Made by a program: the position numbers and the translations under genes
The notes under the pieces: generated by a model
Seen by the model: only the letters and a program-made list of their open reading frames with translations
The model's database searches: none
Told to the model about the DNA's origin: nothing
IMG/VR virus record: IMGVR_UViG_3300022074_000053
Coordinates: 1-54,361 of that record
Reading direction: 5' to 3' (one strand)
DNA length: 54,361 nt
DNA from: a virus
Taxonomy: Duplodnaviria; Caudoviricetes
In this document: piece by piece, positions 27,829-36,745 of the stretch
Layout: every line of letters starts with the position of its first letter
Position numbering within the stretch: the stretch's first letter is position 1

Positions 27829-27863
27829 CTTTTTTGTTAGATAAACCTTGGTATATATTAGCA

Positions 27864-27882
27864 CTTAATTTAAATTTAACCA
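27864..27882. promoter_or_regulatory. putative Pho box
   Basis: CTTAATTT-AAA-TTTAACCA fits cyanobacterial PyTTAAPyPy(T/A)-N3 repeats, just upstream of pstS. Confidence 0.55.
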
Positions 27883-27883
27883 T

Positions 27884-27907
27884 AAAAAAACCTCCCGTTA
27901 GAGAGGT
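27884..27907 (-). terminator. intrinsic terminator
   Basis: ACCTCTC-TAAC-GGGAGGT plus T run. Confidence 0.75.
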
Positions 27908-27944
27908 CGTTAGGATATCGTAATTTGTGTTACGGCATGAACTA

Positions 27945-28322
27945 TCAGAAGGAGAAAGTTGCTCCCAGTTTGCCGCCAACACCCAGATCATCCATTTCAA
28001 AAGAATCGGTAGCAGTGACTGCGGAAAGTTCACCATAAACACCAAGACTATCAGTCAGATCAGCAGCAACACCAACCTTGCCAGAGTAACGGGTCTCGTT
28101 CTCAGCGCCGTCAAGGGCAAGGATCGCAGGTCCTCCCTGAACGTACCAAGATGCGTCTTCGCCAAGATCGCCACCAAAACCGACGTGAATATCAGTAATT
28201 GCACCAACGTAATCGTCTCCCGCCCAGGAAGCATTCGATTCCACGTTGACGTAGGGACCTGCAAGGGCAGCGCCTGCGGACATAGACAGAGCAGCAGTGG
28301 CTGCGAATACAGATTTAATCAT
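27945..28322 (-). CDS. small outer-membrane beta-barrel (porin-like) protein
   Basis: Signal peptide ending ALA-GPYVNVE, amphipathic strands, C-terminal Phe. Confidence 0.7.
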   Translation of the reverse strand: MIKSVFAATAALSMSAGAALAGPYVNVESNASWAGDDYVGAITDIHVGFGGDLGEDASWYVQGGPAILALDGAENETRYSGKVGVAADLTDSLGVYGELSAVTATDSFEMDDLGVGGKLGATFSF

Positions 28323-28400
28323 TTTTTTAAAAACCTCTTATGTATTGTGGATGATTACCACAGATGGAAAGGACTCGACATGTCCTTGTAAATATACCTA

Positions 28401-28416
28401 TGTAATTAATATTACA
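28401..28416. promoter_or_regulatory. NtcA-like palindrome TGTA-N8-TACA
   Basis: TGTAATTAATATTACA; late promoter TATAAATA at 28427-28434 nearby. Confidence 0.45.
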
Positions 28417-28467
28417 AAAGGTCAAGTATTTATAGTAGGTATAAATTCTGGTTAACCGTAACCAGAA

Positions 28468-28539
28468 AGCGGGTGATCGGGTTCGAACCGACGACATTCA
28501 GCTTGGAAGGCTGACGTTCTACCACTGAACTACACCCGC
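28468..28539 (-). tRNA. tRNA-Gly(TCC)
   Basis: GCGGGTG acceptor, anticodon loop CT-TCC-AA, GGTTCGAACCC. Confidence 0.95.
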
Positions 28540-28616
28540 AAGTGGTGGGAGAAGATCTCCCAGGCACATCCTTCACACGGATGAGACCATAATATAACAA
28601 TCACTTTAGATTGTCA

Positions 28617-28688
28617 AGCCTCTGACAAGATTTGAACTTGCGACCTGAGCTTTACAAAAGCCCTGCTCTACCACTGAGCTACGGAGGC
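28617..28688 (-). tRNA. tRNA-Thr(TGT)
   Basis: Cloverleaf, anticodon loop TT-TGT-AA, AGTTCAAATCT. Confidence 0.95.
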
Positions 28689-28843
28689 GTATTTTCTTCT
28701 CTCTTGAGTTTGAAATACAACTTATAGTACTTCTTTTTCATCTCATCAAGAATTTTTTTGTCTTCATCAAAACCAAGATATTTTAAGTGAGTAGAACTTC
28801 CTTCCAATTCAGATAATAGAAGTAAGATTTCAACTGGTTTCAT
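28679..28843 (-). CDS. 54-aa hypothetical protein
   Basis: Manual translation MKPVEILLLISELEGS...YYKLYFK; stop lies inside the tRNA-Thr 5' end. Confidence 0.6.
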   Translation of the reverse strand: MKPVEILLLLSELEGSSTHLKYLGFDEDKKILDEMKKKYYKLYFKLKREENTPP

Positions 28844-28857
28844 AATAAGAAGACAAA

Positions 28858-28931
<74 letters not shown>

Positions 28932-28982
28932 ATGAGAACCCACATATTATACTTTATGTGGGATATGGTGTCAATGAGTAAA

Positions 28983-29432
28983 TTAATTCATTCCATTACC
29001 AGACTTCCAACCACCTGGACCTTCATGGAAGTTTTCGGAACCACCAATTGCTTCTTTAGTTTCATCAACCGTATTCCAATTTGAGGTTGCCATCTCATAC
29101 ATTAATTGATGAATGCTACAAGGTTCTCCATTATATTCCCTACCATCTTCCTGCGCTTGCTGTTGCTTGATGATAGTTTCTTGCTCCATATAATCCAGTT
29201 GTTTTTCTGAACGCTCAGGAGCAGGTCCAAACCAAGGATCATCTTCCAAATACACGGGAGCTGGAGCTCCAGTATAATAGTTTATAGCATCATTTTTAAA
29301 TGCCTCGCCTTCATTATAATCTTCTTTCAGATCTTTACAGTTAATTACATTCTCATCGATAGAGCACTGAATATCATTCTCTATTGATTTGGCGATTGCT
29401 TTTTCTATTAGCGACTTAAATTTTTTAATCAT
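28983..29432 (-). CDS. hypothetical protein
   Basis: 149-aa ORF, DDPWFGPAP motif. Confidence 0.65.
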   Translation of the reverse strand: MIKKFKSLIEKAIAKSIENDIQCSIDENVINCKDLKEDYNEGEAFKNDAINYYTGAPAPVYLEDDPWFGPAPERSEKQLDYMEQETIIKQQQAQEDGREYNGEPCSIHQLMYEMATSNWNTVDETKEAIGGSENFHEGPGGWKSGNGMN

Positions 29433-29986
29433 GTGTAGATGTTGAATGAAACTGAAACTCTATCCCTAACACTATCACTACCAGTAACATAGTGCCAGAG
29501 ATGCCCCGGAAGGACGTACAATCGACCTACTTCAGGTTCCATAATATATTCTAGCATGTCTGCCCTATTTTCGTAAAGACTGCAATATTGAGATCCATCA
29601 TTCCTCATGACAACCAGATTGCCAGAACTCGGAGGAAGTTGAATATAATAGATACCAATAAGGTCTGCTCGACCGTGAGAGTGCATTACATTATAGTTAT
29701 AAGACTTATTGATATTACACCAATATTCCATGCGATGAACTTCTAATCCAAGACCTTTTTTATAAAGAAGATCATTAGAAAATTCTACTACGGTGTCCTT
29801 AAGTTTTAAAAACTTAGAGTCTACAAATATTGGCGAATGATATCCACCTTCGTTAGATAACTTAGCACTATCGTAACAATTCTTAATATCATATACTTCC
29901 GCTAATTGTGCCATCATATCAATCTGTGGGATACATGAGGACACAAAACTTGGAAATATGTTTTTATCTATAACATGATCGTACAT
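29429..29986 (-). CDS. 2OG-Fe(II) oxygenase-like protein
   Basis: SNEGGYHS, WCNIN, HSH, IYYI, LPGHLWH, RVSVSFN; start moved to MYDHV. Confidence 0.85.
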   Translation of the reverse strand: MYDHVIDKNIFPSFVSSCIPQIDMMAQLAEVYDIKNCYDSAKLSNEGGYHSPIFVDSKFLKLKDTVVEFSNDLLYKKGLGLEVHRMEYWCNINKSYNYNVMHSHGRADLIGIYYIQLPPSSGNLVVMRNDGSQYCSLYENRADMLEYIMEPEVGRLYVLPGHLWHYVTGSDSVRDRVSVSFNIYT

Positions 29987-30038
29987 ACTGATACAGAGTG
30001 TAGTTACTAAATAGAGCCATACAATCATAGCACGGAGT

Positions 30039-30542
30039 ATGAAAAAAGCTTTTATTGCTTTAAGTATGCTACTGTTAACAGCCGGTGGTGGAGCAGCAAA
30101 TGCGGGTGGTCTTGTAACCAAGCACACCTCAAGTGTTCAATTAACTGTTGATGCGGCGAGAGCAACCTCCACAAGAATTGGATCCTCATTTAGTATTTCA
30201 GGATCTAATATAGATACTACTGATGGATCCACTGCAGGAACTGTTTCTGCCGGAACTATCACCTCAGGTGTCTATAGTCCTGGAACAATTGCTGCTACTC
30301 AAGACACTGCTGGAGCGGCATTCTCCTTCAGTCAATCATACACTCAGGCTGATGCGGTTCCAACTGCTGCAGCAGCTTTAGGTGCAACACCTAACTTCTC
30401 AAGCGTAACTTCATACGCAGCTGGAGCAAAAGATACTTTAGCAGGTACTGTAACCTCTGCGGGTATTCTTACGGTGACAGCTGGCGGAGCCGGAACATCT
30501 GCTACCGGACAATTCGTCTCTGAGGTCACAGTTATTGACTGA
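30039..30542 (+). CDS. exported S/T/G/A-rich hypothetical protein
   Basis: Signal peptide (ANA-GG); late-promoter-like ACTAAATA at 30006-30013; GGAG RBS. Confidence 0.8.
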   Translation: MKKAFIALSMLLLTAGGGAANAGGLVTKHTSSVQLTVDAARATSTRIGSSFSISGSNIDTTDGSTAGTVSAGTITSGVYSPGTIAATQDTAGAAFSFSQSYTQADAVPTAAAALGATPNFSSVTSYAAGAKDTLAGTVTSAGILTVTAGGAGTSATGQFVSEVTVID

Positions 30543-30556
30543 TAACGGAGGTCGTT

Positions 30557-31027
30557 ATGACTTTTGGAAAGACAATACTTTGGTCTGTCCTAAGTGTGGT
30601 GGGTGCAAGTGCCATACTTGCACCTGCCCAGGCGGTCCCGGTGGTTCCGAACTTCACCCAGGGCTCAATGACGAGCCACACAGAGACAACATCGAAGGTG
30701 ACTGAAACTATTAATTCTATTGATTATAATACAGGATGGCAATACTCAGTAACTGGCACAAACGTGAACAATGGTGGAGAAGCATTAAATCCATCGAATG
30801 TGACAAACTCGGTGATGGTGAATCCACTCGGAGGAATGGAGGGACAGGTTTCAACAACCAACACCTCAGCAAATCTAGGAACAGCGAACTTTGTAATAAC
30901 GAATCCGAACGAAGCGTTTCAGTTCACTCAAACGTATTCGGGTCCAGGAATGTCAAACCAAACAATTATTCAAAGAGTAACAGAAGTTACAAGCGTAACA
31001 GATACTACAAGTGTCTTTACCCAGTAA
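30557..31027 (+). CDS. exported hypothetical protein
   Basis: Signal peptide (AQA-VPVVPNF); GGAGG RBS. Confidence 0.8.
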   Translation: MTFGKTILWSVLSVVGASAILAPAQAVPVVPNFTQGSMTSHTETTSKVTETINSIDYNTGWQYSVTGTNVNNGGEALNPSNVTNSVMVNPLGGMEGQVSTTNTSANLGTANFVITNPNEAFQFTQTYSGPGMSNQTIIQRVTEVTSVTDTTSVFTQ

Positions 31028-32025
31028 TTGCGCTGCTAATAGCGTCACCAGTGAGAGCGAACGTTGGTGGTGTATCAGCAACAGCAAACCCCATCGCAAA
31101 TAGCTCTGGCTCAGTTACGAACCAAGCTATTCAGGTTTTACAAGGTCCGTATATAACTAACACATATGGCGGTGGAATTTCCTGTCAAGGTCCAACTCTT
31201 AATATAACTCCATTTGTTACTCATAGTAGAAGTTATCAAGACCCATATGAAGGTATTTACTATGAACCTCAATATGATGGTAGAGATGTAAAAGGTCAAA
31301 AAGTAGAAATACAACAACAAGTTAAAAACTATCCCTGGGAAGAGTGGTATGACGATAGGGTCAGAACCGATCCTAATGATCCTCTTTATGATGTTAATGA
31401 AGATGGCATACCAGATAGATGGTTTGAAGATGGTGCTGATATGACAATCGTCATTGAAGATATTCAACCAGACGGAATTCCAGATCGACCAGGAAAGGTG
31501 GTCTGGGATAAACCAGTAAGAACAGGACAGAAAGATAATTTAAGCACTAATATTGGTCTATCAGCAACTATGTCTTTTCCACTTGATGGTGGATTACAGG
31601 AACGTTGTAAAGCAGCAGCAGACACTCAAACTGCATTAATGAAACAAACGGTTGCTAACAAAAGATTAGACTTTGAAATTGCTCGTCTCAAGAATTGTGG
31701 AGAATTAATGAAGGCTGGAATTCGCTTTCATAGAAGAAGTCCCTATTATGCCATCTGTGCTGATGTAGTAGTACAAAATGTGAATACTATTCCACAACAT
31801 AGGCACCCTATCCCTTCTTCTTCGGTTCCTTTAAGACAGGCAAACCCCGCTTCTCCCGGTACTGATTCGCAAGCACCTCTTGGCGGGACAATCTCCGGGG
31901 TTTCTTTCCCAATAAGGACTGCGCCTTTGTCAGCGCCTTCTTCACAACCGGTTTCACCACTCTTAACAAAAGATCAGCAAGAGGTTTTGCGAGTATTGCC
32001 GAAGACGTTGCCACAACAGCAATAG
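30736..32025 (+). CDS. exported hypothetical protein (start uncertain)
   Basis: Long ORF; signal-like segment YYKCLYPVIALLIASPVRA near 31000-31060; LDFEIARLKNCG. Confidence 0.7.
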   Translation: MAILSNWHKREQWWRSIKSIECDKLGDGESTRRNGGTGFNNQHLSKSRNSELCNNESERSVSVHSNVFGSRNVKPNNYSKSNRSYKRNRYYKCLYPVIALLIASPVRANVGGVSATANPIANSSGSVTNQAIQVLQGPYITNTYGGGISCQGPTLNITPFVTHSRSYQDPYEGIYYEPQYDGRDVKGQKVEIQQQVKNYPWEEWYDDRVRTDPNDPLYDVNEDGIPDRWFEDGADMTIVIEDIQPDGIPDRPGKVVWDKPVRTGQKDNLSTNIGLSATMSFPLDGGLQERCKAAADTQTALMKQTVANKRLDFEIARLKNCGELMKAGIRFHRRSPYYAICADVVVQNVNTIPQHRHPIPSSSVPLRQANPASPGTDSQAPLGGTISGVSFPIRTAPLSAPSSQPVSPLLTKDQQEVLRVLPKTLPQQQ

Positions 32026-32593
32026 AAGCAGTAGCAGTCACCGCACCTGCTGATGGAATATTTCCTACGATTTGTTCGGTTATCCCAATATCTTCTGTAA
32101 CTTGAATACACTCCTTACCAACTAATCTATACTCAATAACTTTCTGATCTCCTTTTATAAATCCAACAGGTTCTTTAAGTTCTTGTGCTTCTGTCGGACA
32201 ATCAATACCTTGATTTGGTGTTCTAGGAGCAGCAGGTGTTTTTGGTGTAGGTGGTTCAGGTGCTTCTGGTTGTTCTGGTGATCTTACTGAAGGAACTTCC
32301 TGAGATCTTTTTTCAGTTTCATACTGCAATCTTCTGGCATCATAATTGATTGCGTTAAAACTTGGCATCTCGCCATCACAAAATATCTTTACCTGATCCG
32401 GATCGTTATTAGGTAAATTAGCATTCTTATTACTATCTTCATGCGACTTCACACAGCCAGGCATATTCACAATAGGAAGACCCACCTGTGATGTTATAGG
32501 TGGATAAATTGGAACAGCCATTGATGGTTCAATTGCCCACCGTGGAACTGTAGGAATACTTAAATCACGAATATTAATTTCAGGAATATCCAT
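31808..32593 (-). CDS. hypothetical membrane-anchored protein
   Basis: PIVNMPGCV, Pro-rich linker, C-terminal hydrophobic and basic tail. Confidence 0.75.
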   Translation of the reverse strand: MDIPEINIRDLSIPTVPRWAIEPSMAVPIYPPITSQVGLPIVNMPGCVKSHEDSNKNANLPNNDPDQVKIFCDGEMPSFNAINYDARRLQYETEKRSQEVPSVRSPEQPEAPEPPTPKTPAAPRTPNQGIDCPTEAQELKEPVGFIKGDQKVIEYRLVGKECIQVTEDIGITEQIVGNIPSAGAVTATASIAVVATSSAILAKPLADLLLRVVKPVVKKALTKAQSLLGKKPRRLSRQEVLANQYREKRGLPVLKEPKKKG

Positions 32594-32594
32594 C

Positions 32595-32864
32595 TCAAGG
32601 CAATCTTAATGCTCCTCCCGTATACTTAGGTCCAGTCTCTCCCATCGGTACTACACCACCTGTCGCGTCAGGAAGAGCAGGCATAGCAGCATCAATAAGT
32701 CCAGGAAGTGCTTCAGCAATTGCTTCAGTTGCCGCAGATGCTGCTTTCTCTCTTGCCCTTTCTATTAAGACATCCTTGCTAAGATATAACCAAGTACCAC
32801 CACCAACAACGGCAGCAGATACAGCAAAAGACGCAAGCGCAAGTACATTGATTATTTTCTGCAT
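32595..32864 (-). CDS. hypothetical membrane protein
   Basis: N-terminal TM helix. Confidence 0.7.
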   Translation of the reverse strand: MQKIINVLALASFAVSAAVVGGGTWLYLSKDVLIERAREKAASAATEAIAEALPGLIDAAMPALPDATGGVVPMGETGPKYTGGALRLP

Positions 32865-33322
32865 TATACTAACGTGCCATGAGCACGGCGAATTTCTCTA
32901 AGTTCTTCGAAGTTCTTTTGTTTAGTTCCACCATCATAAGACCAAGCATAACCTTCATCAATCATTTGTTCGTTCAATGAAGATTCAGCGTCACCAATAT
33001 ATAACCACCCTAATAAGCGACCATACTTGCCCATACCACCAACAAGCTCAGTGCGAATAATAAGGTCATCATTCCCATTAATGGCACCATCCAATTTCTC
33101 TTTGAGCCAATTCGTTGCCTCAATTCCCAACTCCTTTTCTTCAAGGTCCCTGGTTCTTTTTTCTGGAGTATCTACACCAGCAACTCTAACCCTTTCTTTT
33201 TTGAATAAATCAAATCCAAGATCAATAGTTACATCAATGGTATCACCATCAACGACTCTATTGATTTCAACTACTCGGAAGTTGTAACACGACTTCCTGC
33301 TGGGTGGTACCATTGCGCCCAT
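32864..33322 (-). CDS. thermonuclease (SNase) family nuclease
   Basis: VVDGDTI, RVRVAGVDTPE, GKYGRLLG, LNEQMIDEGYA. Confidence 0.9.
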   Translation of the reverse strand: MGAMVPPSRKSCYNFRVVEINRVVDGDTIDVTIDLGFDLFKKERVRVAGVDTPEKRTRDLEEKELGIEATNWLKEKLDGAINGNDDLIIRTELVGGMGKYGRLLGWLYIGDAESSLNEQMIDEGYAWSYDGGTKQKNFEELREIRRAHGTLV

Positions 33323-33533
33323 AATTCGTCTCCTTAGCTTCTAATGATGCTGCTATGCCAATAATAGTTATAAGTGCAGCAATTACTGCGCTAGCGCCCC
33401 AAACAGTTTTTTCAAGTTTACGAATACGCTGACGGAGTTCTTCAGTCGTTTCTTCCGCATCTTCAATGCGGTGTTTCAGAAGTGCTATCTCCTGATCCTG
33501 TTGGGCGTCCTTCAGTTCTATTTGATTGGGCAT
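33267..33533 (-). CDS. coiled-coil plus TM hypothetical protein
   Basis: RIRKLEKTVWG followed by TM helix. Confidence 0.55.
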   Translation of the reverse strand: MPNQIELKDAQQDQEIALLKHRIEDAEETTEELRQRIRKLEKTVWGASAVIAALITIIGIAASLEAKETNYGRNGTTQQEVVLQLPSS

Positions 33534-33675
33534 CTTCTAACTCCTGGAATGCCATACTCATAATGGTATATATGTAATAACTTACTCCAATAAGGAGTAT
33601 AATTATTGAAATAATAACACTCCATACAGGATCATTAGTATTTTCTAAGGGACGAAGAAATAAATTCATTAGCAA
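33463..33675 (-). CDS. hypothetical membrane protein
   Basis: LRPL..NDPVWSVI plus TM helix. Confidence 0.55.
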   Translation of the reverse strand: MLMNLFLRPLENTNDPVWSVIISIIILLIGVSYYIYTIMSMAFQELEDAQSNRTEGRPTGSGDSTSETPH

Positions 33676-34283
33676 TCATTAAATACAGATCCTACTTCCG
33701 AACCAATAGTCTCTCCTGCTTTATTACCCAAAAGAGCAGCCCATCCTGCTGCTAACCATCCAATGTAAGGGATGTTGATGAGAGCAGGAGCGACAAGACC
33801 AGTAGTAATAGCACTACCTGCCATCGCACCTTGTGATCTTGCTCCAGCGTCCGCCACGATACACTCTATGCTTTCCACAGTCTTTCCCTCAGAATCCAGC
33901 GTTGTGGCACCCCCAATATTTCTTACACCTTCCATGGTATATTGATCATAGCGAGTTTCACTACGCTTCTCATGGGAACCACCAAACATTCCTTTCTTTT
34001 CCTTATCAAGATCTAATGTTCTATGGGAATCAAGGATTGTGGGATCATTTGCTTTATAATTAATTCTATATCCCTCTGGACCTGCTTCAATAGTATATGA
34101 AGCATAATCTCCTTTAGGAATATTGATCGTAGGAATTTGGGGAACTTGAGGTCTATCAGGTTCATCGTGAATCAAATGACCAAGAACACCAATATGTGCT
34201 ACAGCAAAAAGACTACCAACACTAAGAGCAACCCATTTAAAAGGATTGTTATTTTTTATCGGGTTCAATTTTGTTTCGGACAT
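33669..34283 (-). CDS. hypothetical membrane protein with C-terminal glycine zipper
   Basis: YKANDP, IPYIGWLAAGW motifs. Confidence 0.75.
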   Translation of the reverse strand: MSETKLNPIKNNNPFKWVALSVGSLFAVAHIGVLGHLIHDEPDRPQVPQIPTINIPKGDYASYTIEAGPEGYRINYKANDPTILDSHRTLDLDKEKKGMFGGSHEKRSETRYDQYTMEGVRNIGGATTLDSEGKTVESIECIVADAGARSQGAMAGSAITTGLVAPALINIPYIGWLAAGWAALLGNKAGETIGSEVGSVFNDC

Positions 34284-34294
34284 AACCTACTCCA

Positions 34295-34576
34295 TTAAAC
34301 AACTTTTTCTTTTTTACACTCTTCTTTCTTTTCTTCTTTCCTATCCTTTTTGGTAGGAACAACCCCGAAAGTAGCTAAAGTCCCAGTGAACACGCTGGCT
34401 ATAAATGTGGGGTCGATATTCTTTTGAGGAACACCAGGAATAGTCACATAATTTAGTGTGAGAATTGCTGCAGACCACGATAGAATAACAACGCGCACCA
34501 ATGCCGACAGACCTTCGTCTGCCCAATCAAACTTATTCTGTTTGGTTTCCTCTTTCTTCTTTGGAGCAGACTCCAT
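34295..34576 (-). CDS. hypothetical two-TM protein
   Basis: DPTFIASVFTGTLATFGV motif. Confidence 0.75.
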   Translation of the reverse strand: MESAPKKKEETKQNKFDWADEGLSALVRVVILSWSAAILTLNYVTIPGVPQKNIDPTFIASVFTGTLATFGVVPTKKDRKEEKKEECKKEKVV

Positions 34577-34600
34577 GTTGAAAGAGCAAGGCAGCTTTAT

Positions 34601-34795
34601 TTAGGGGTCAAGAATCTCTACAGAGATATTCGCGTTTTGTATTTGATTGTATTTTTTACAAAGGGAATCACTTGATTCGTGTTCCCATTTATGATATGCA
34701 CTTTTTAAGTTCTGAATGTAATCAGTTCCACCGAGACCGACCATTTCATCGGCAACGATTTTCTTGATTAACACATCTCTTGTTATATGTGTCAT
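34601..34795 (-). CDS. hypothetical protein
   Basis: 64-aa ORF on the coding strand. Confidence 0.6.
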   Translation of the reverse strand: MTHITRDVLIKKIVADEMVGLGGTDYIQNLKSAYHKWEHESSDSLCKKYNQIQNANISVEILDP

Positions 34796-34903
34796 ATGTA
34801 AGAATAGTTTTCCAACAACAAACCCTTACATTATAAGACTTATAGAGATTATTTCAAAGGATTTGTCTTGGGTGGTTTTGTTCGCTACCTGCAGCGAATG
34901 ATA

Positions 34904-35584
34904 TTATTTAGCAATGAATCCATTTTCAACTAACCATTCACGGGTCATTGGCGTGGGTTCATAATCAGTCCACATCGTTCCAGCGGCACAAGATTCTAAT
35001 GCTGCCTGAGTCATACCTTCAGTGTGACCTGCCCAATATGCTTCCTTTTCCCAGGGAATTGCTTGTGGTTGAGATTGATAAGCACTCTTTGCGATTGCCT
35101 GATACATCTTAGGAACTTCTTCCTGGGGTTTGATGATAGCAATAAAGTTATTTTTAATACTACCCGCCATACAATCCTGAGCAGCGTGCCATCCTTCATG
35201 ACGCATTACTGACATCATAGTGCCAGGACGATGCATATGAGCAACATTCAGAAAGAAGTTATTACTTACAGTATGATAGACACCACGATGACCAATTGGG
35301 AAGTATCGCATATCTGCTAGAAAAACCTTAGCTCCGACCTTATTAAGTGATCGGACGAGAGAGTCAAACTCATCAGCAACAATACTATAATCAATATCAG
35401 ACAATTCATCATGTTTATTGAGATCAGAAACTGTTTTAAGTTCTTGAACATGATCGGTGCATTCCCTGAGTAACATGCATCCTTGAGCATGAGCACTGAA
35501 ATAGTGCTCCTCTTTGATTGGATCAGCAAGCGCAGGAGTCGTCAGAGAAACTGCGGCGAGCATAGCAAAGATAGTTTTAATCAT
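34904..35584 (-). CDS. exported putative zinc metallopeptidase
   Basis: Signal peptide; HEGWH (HExxH) with downstream WEKEA. Confidence 0.65.
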   Translation of the reverse strand: MIKTIFAMLAAVSLTTPALADPIKEEHYFSAHAQGCMLLRECTDHVQELKTVSDLNKHDELSDIDYSIVADEFDSLVRSLNKVGAKVFLADMRYFPIGHRGVYHTVSNNFFLNVAHMHRPGTMMSVMRHEGWHAAQDCMAGSIKNNFIAIIKPQEEVPKMYQAIAKSAYQSQPQAIPWEKEAYWAGHTEGMTQAALESCAAGTMWTDYEPTPMTREWLVENGFIAK

Positions 35585-35703
35585 ATTTTAAAAAATTTGT
35601 TGTAAAGAGCAGATGCTTCAAGATGCTTGCCATGATTTGTAAGATATCTGATTCTATCAAGAATCTTACGTTTGAAAACCTTAGATGTTTCCTCCATCTT
35701 CAT
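35581..35703 (-). CDS. 40-aa hypothetical protein
   Basis: Manual translation MKMEETSKVFKRKILDRIRYLTNHGKHLEASALYNKFFKI. Confidence 0.5.
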   Translation of the reverse strand: MKMEETSKVFKRKILDRIRYLTNHGKHLEASALYNKFFKI

Positions 35704-35875
35704 CTCCTATGTATTCTAGTGACATCACATCAATATCTTTAACATCAGGATTCATCCATTCTCTAAACTCACAGTGAAGTGAATAAGCATCATCGATATC
35801 ATCTTCACAGAGAGTGTGAATTCTATCTATAACGTAATTATGTACTTGAATTAGATTCTCTTTTAAAGTTACCAT
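35681..35875 (-). CDS. hypothetical protein
   Basis: 64-aa acidic ORF, operon context. Confidence 0.55.
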   Translation of the reverse strand: MVTLKENLIQVHNYVIDRIHTLCEDDIDDAYSLHCEFREWMNPDVKDIDVMSLEYIGDEDGGNI

Positions 35876-36287
35876 AGTCTTTACGCATATAGCGACCTAG
35901 AATGTTGCTATTATAGTATGCCGGAGAACCGTCGTCAAGTGACTCAGATAATACATTATTGAGAAACAATTGTTTTGTTTCTTCAAAGTTACAAGTTCCT
36001 TTTGTTGAGTGTAAACTTAATATTTCTCTACTGAAGAACTCTTTACCATACTTTTTTATATCCTCCTTTAATTCTGGACAAGAACCATAATACTTTTTCC
36101 AATCTGATTCTTGTTTTACTTTTCGTTTCTTCCCTGGTGGTTTTCTAAAAGACCAAAAATACTTTCGCCCAATGTATTGTCGTTGGTTGGATTTATTGGT
36201 AATGAGATAAACAAAACCAAAGTTATCCCCAACATCATCACTATCAAATACTCGTTTCAAGTATAACCAAGGATTTTCATAACTCAT
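35838..36287 (-). CDS. GIY-YIG family endonuclease-like protein
   Basis: GFVYLITN...YIGRK, YYGS, YN; promoter TTGACA-17-TAGAGT at 36336-36364. Confidence 0.75.
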   Translation of the reverse strand: MSYENPWLYLKRVFDSDDVGDNFGFVYLITNKSNQRQYIGRKYFWSFRKPPGKKRKVKQESDWKKYYGSCPELKEDIKKYGKEFFSREILSLHSTKGTCNFEETKQLFLNNVLSESLDDGSPAYYNSNILGRYMRKDYGNFKRESNSST

Positions 36288-36398
36288 ACTAATGTATTAT
36301 ATGAGCTATTATTTATCTCTAAATCCAACAAAGCAACTCTACTCACGAATTGAGTTCCTGTCAAGCCCTTGATAAATAATCAATAAAGAGTTATACTG

Positions 36399-36743
36399 AT
36401 GTCTGTTTACGTCAGAAATCTAACAATAAGTTCCCACGCAAATTTCTCAGAAAATCTTGAGCTGATTCAGACTGGTGGTGATCCAACAGATTTAACTGGA
36501 TACACTGTAAACTCTCAAATGAGAAAGCATCCAGATAGTTCTAAATTTCACACCTTTGCGGTAGGTATTACTAGTGCTAAGGATGGAAAAATAACTTTGT
36601 CCATGGGTAGCACAGCAACTGCTGAAATCAAACCAGGAAGATACTTATATGATATAGCAGCGATCAGAGAGAATGGAAATACATCAATTATTCTTGAAGG
36701 AACTGTGAACGTAAGAGCTGGATTTTCTACTAACTGCCCATAA
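36399..36743 (+). CDS. putative virion structural protein (paralog 1)
   Basis: DLTGYT..SQMRK, KPGRYLYD, ILEGTV; late-promoter-like ATAAATA at 36372-36378. Confidence 0.7.
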   Translation: MSVYVRNLTISSHANFSENLELIQTGGDPTDLTGYTVNSQMRKHPDSSKFHTFAVGITSAKDGKITLSMGSTATAEIKPGRYLYDIAAIRENGNTSIILEGTVNVRAGFSTNCP

Positions 36744-36745
36744 AA

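Noticed and set aside
27927-28391. 154-aa + strand ORF
   Set aside because: Antisense to the porin-like gene, which has a clear signal peptide, RBS and terminator
29987-30127. N-terminal extension of the 2OG-Fe(II) oxygenase ORF
   Set aside because: Overlaps the divergent gene at 30039; the ATG at 29986 gives a normal-length protein
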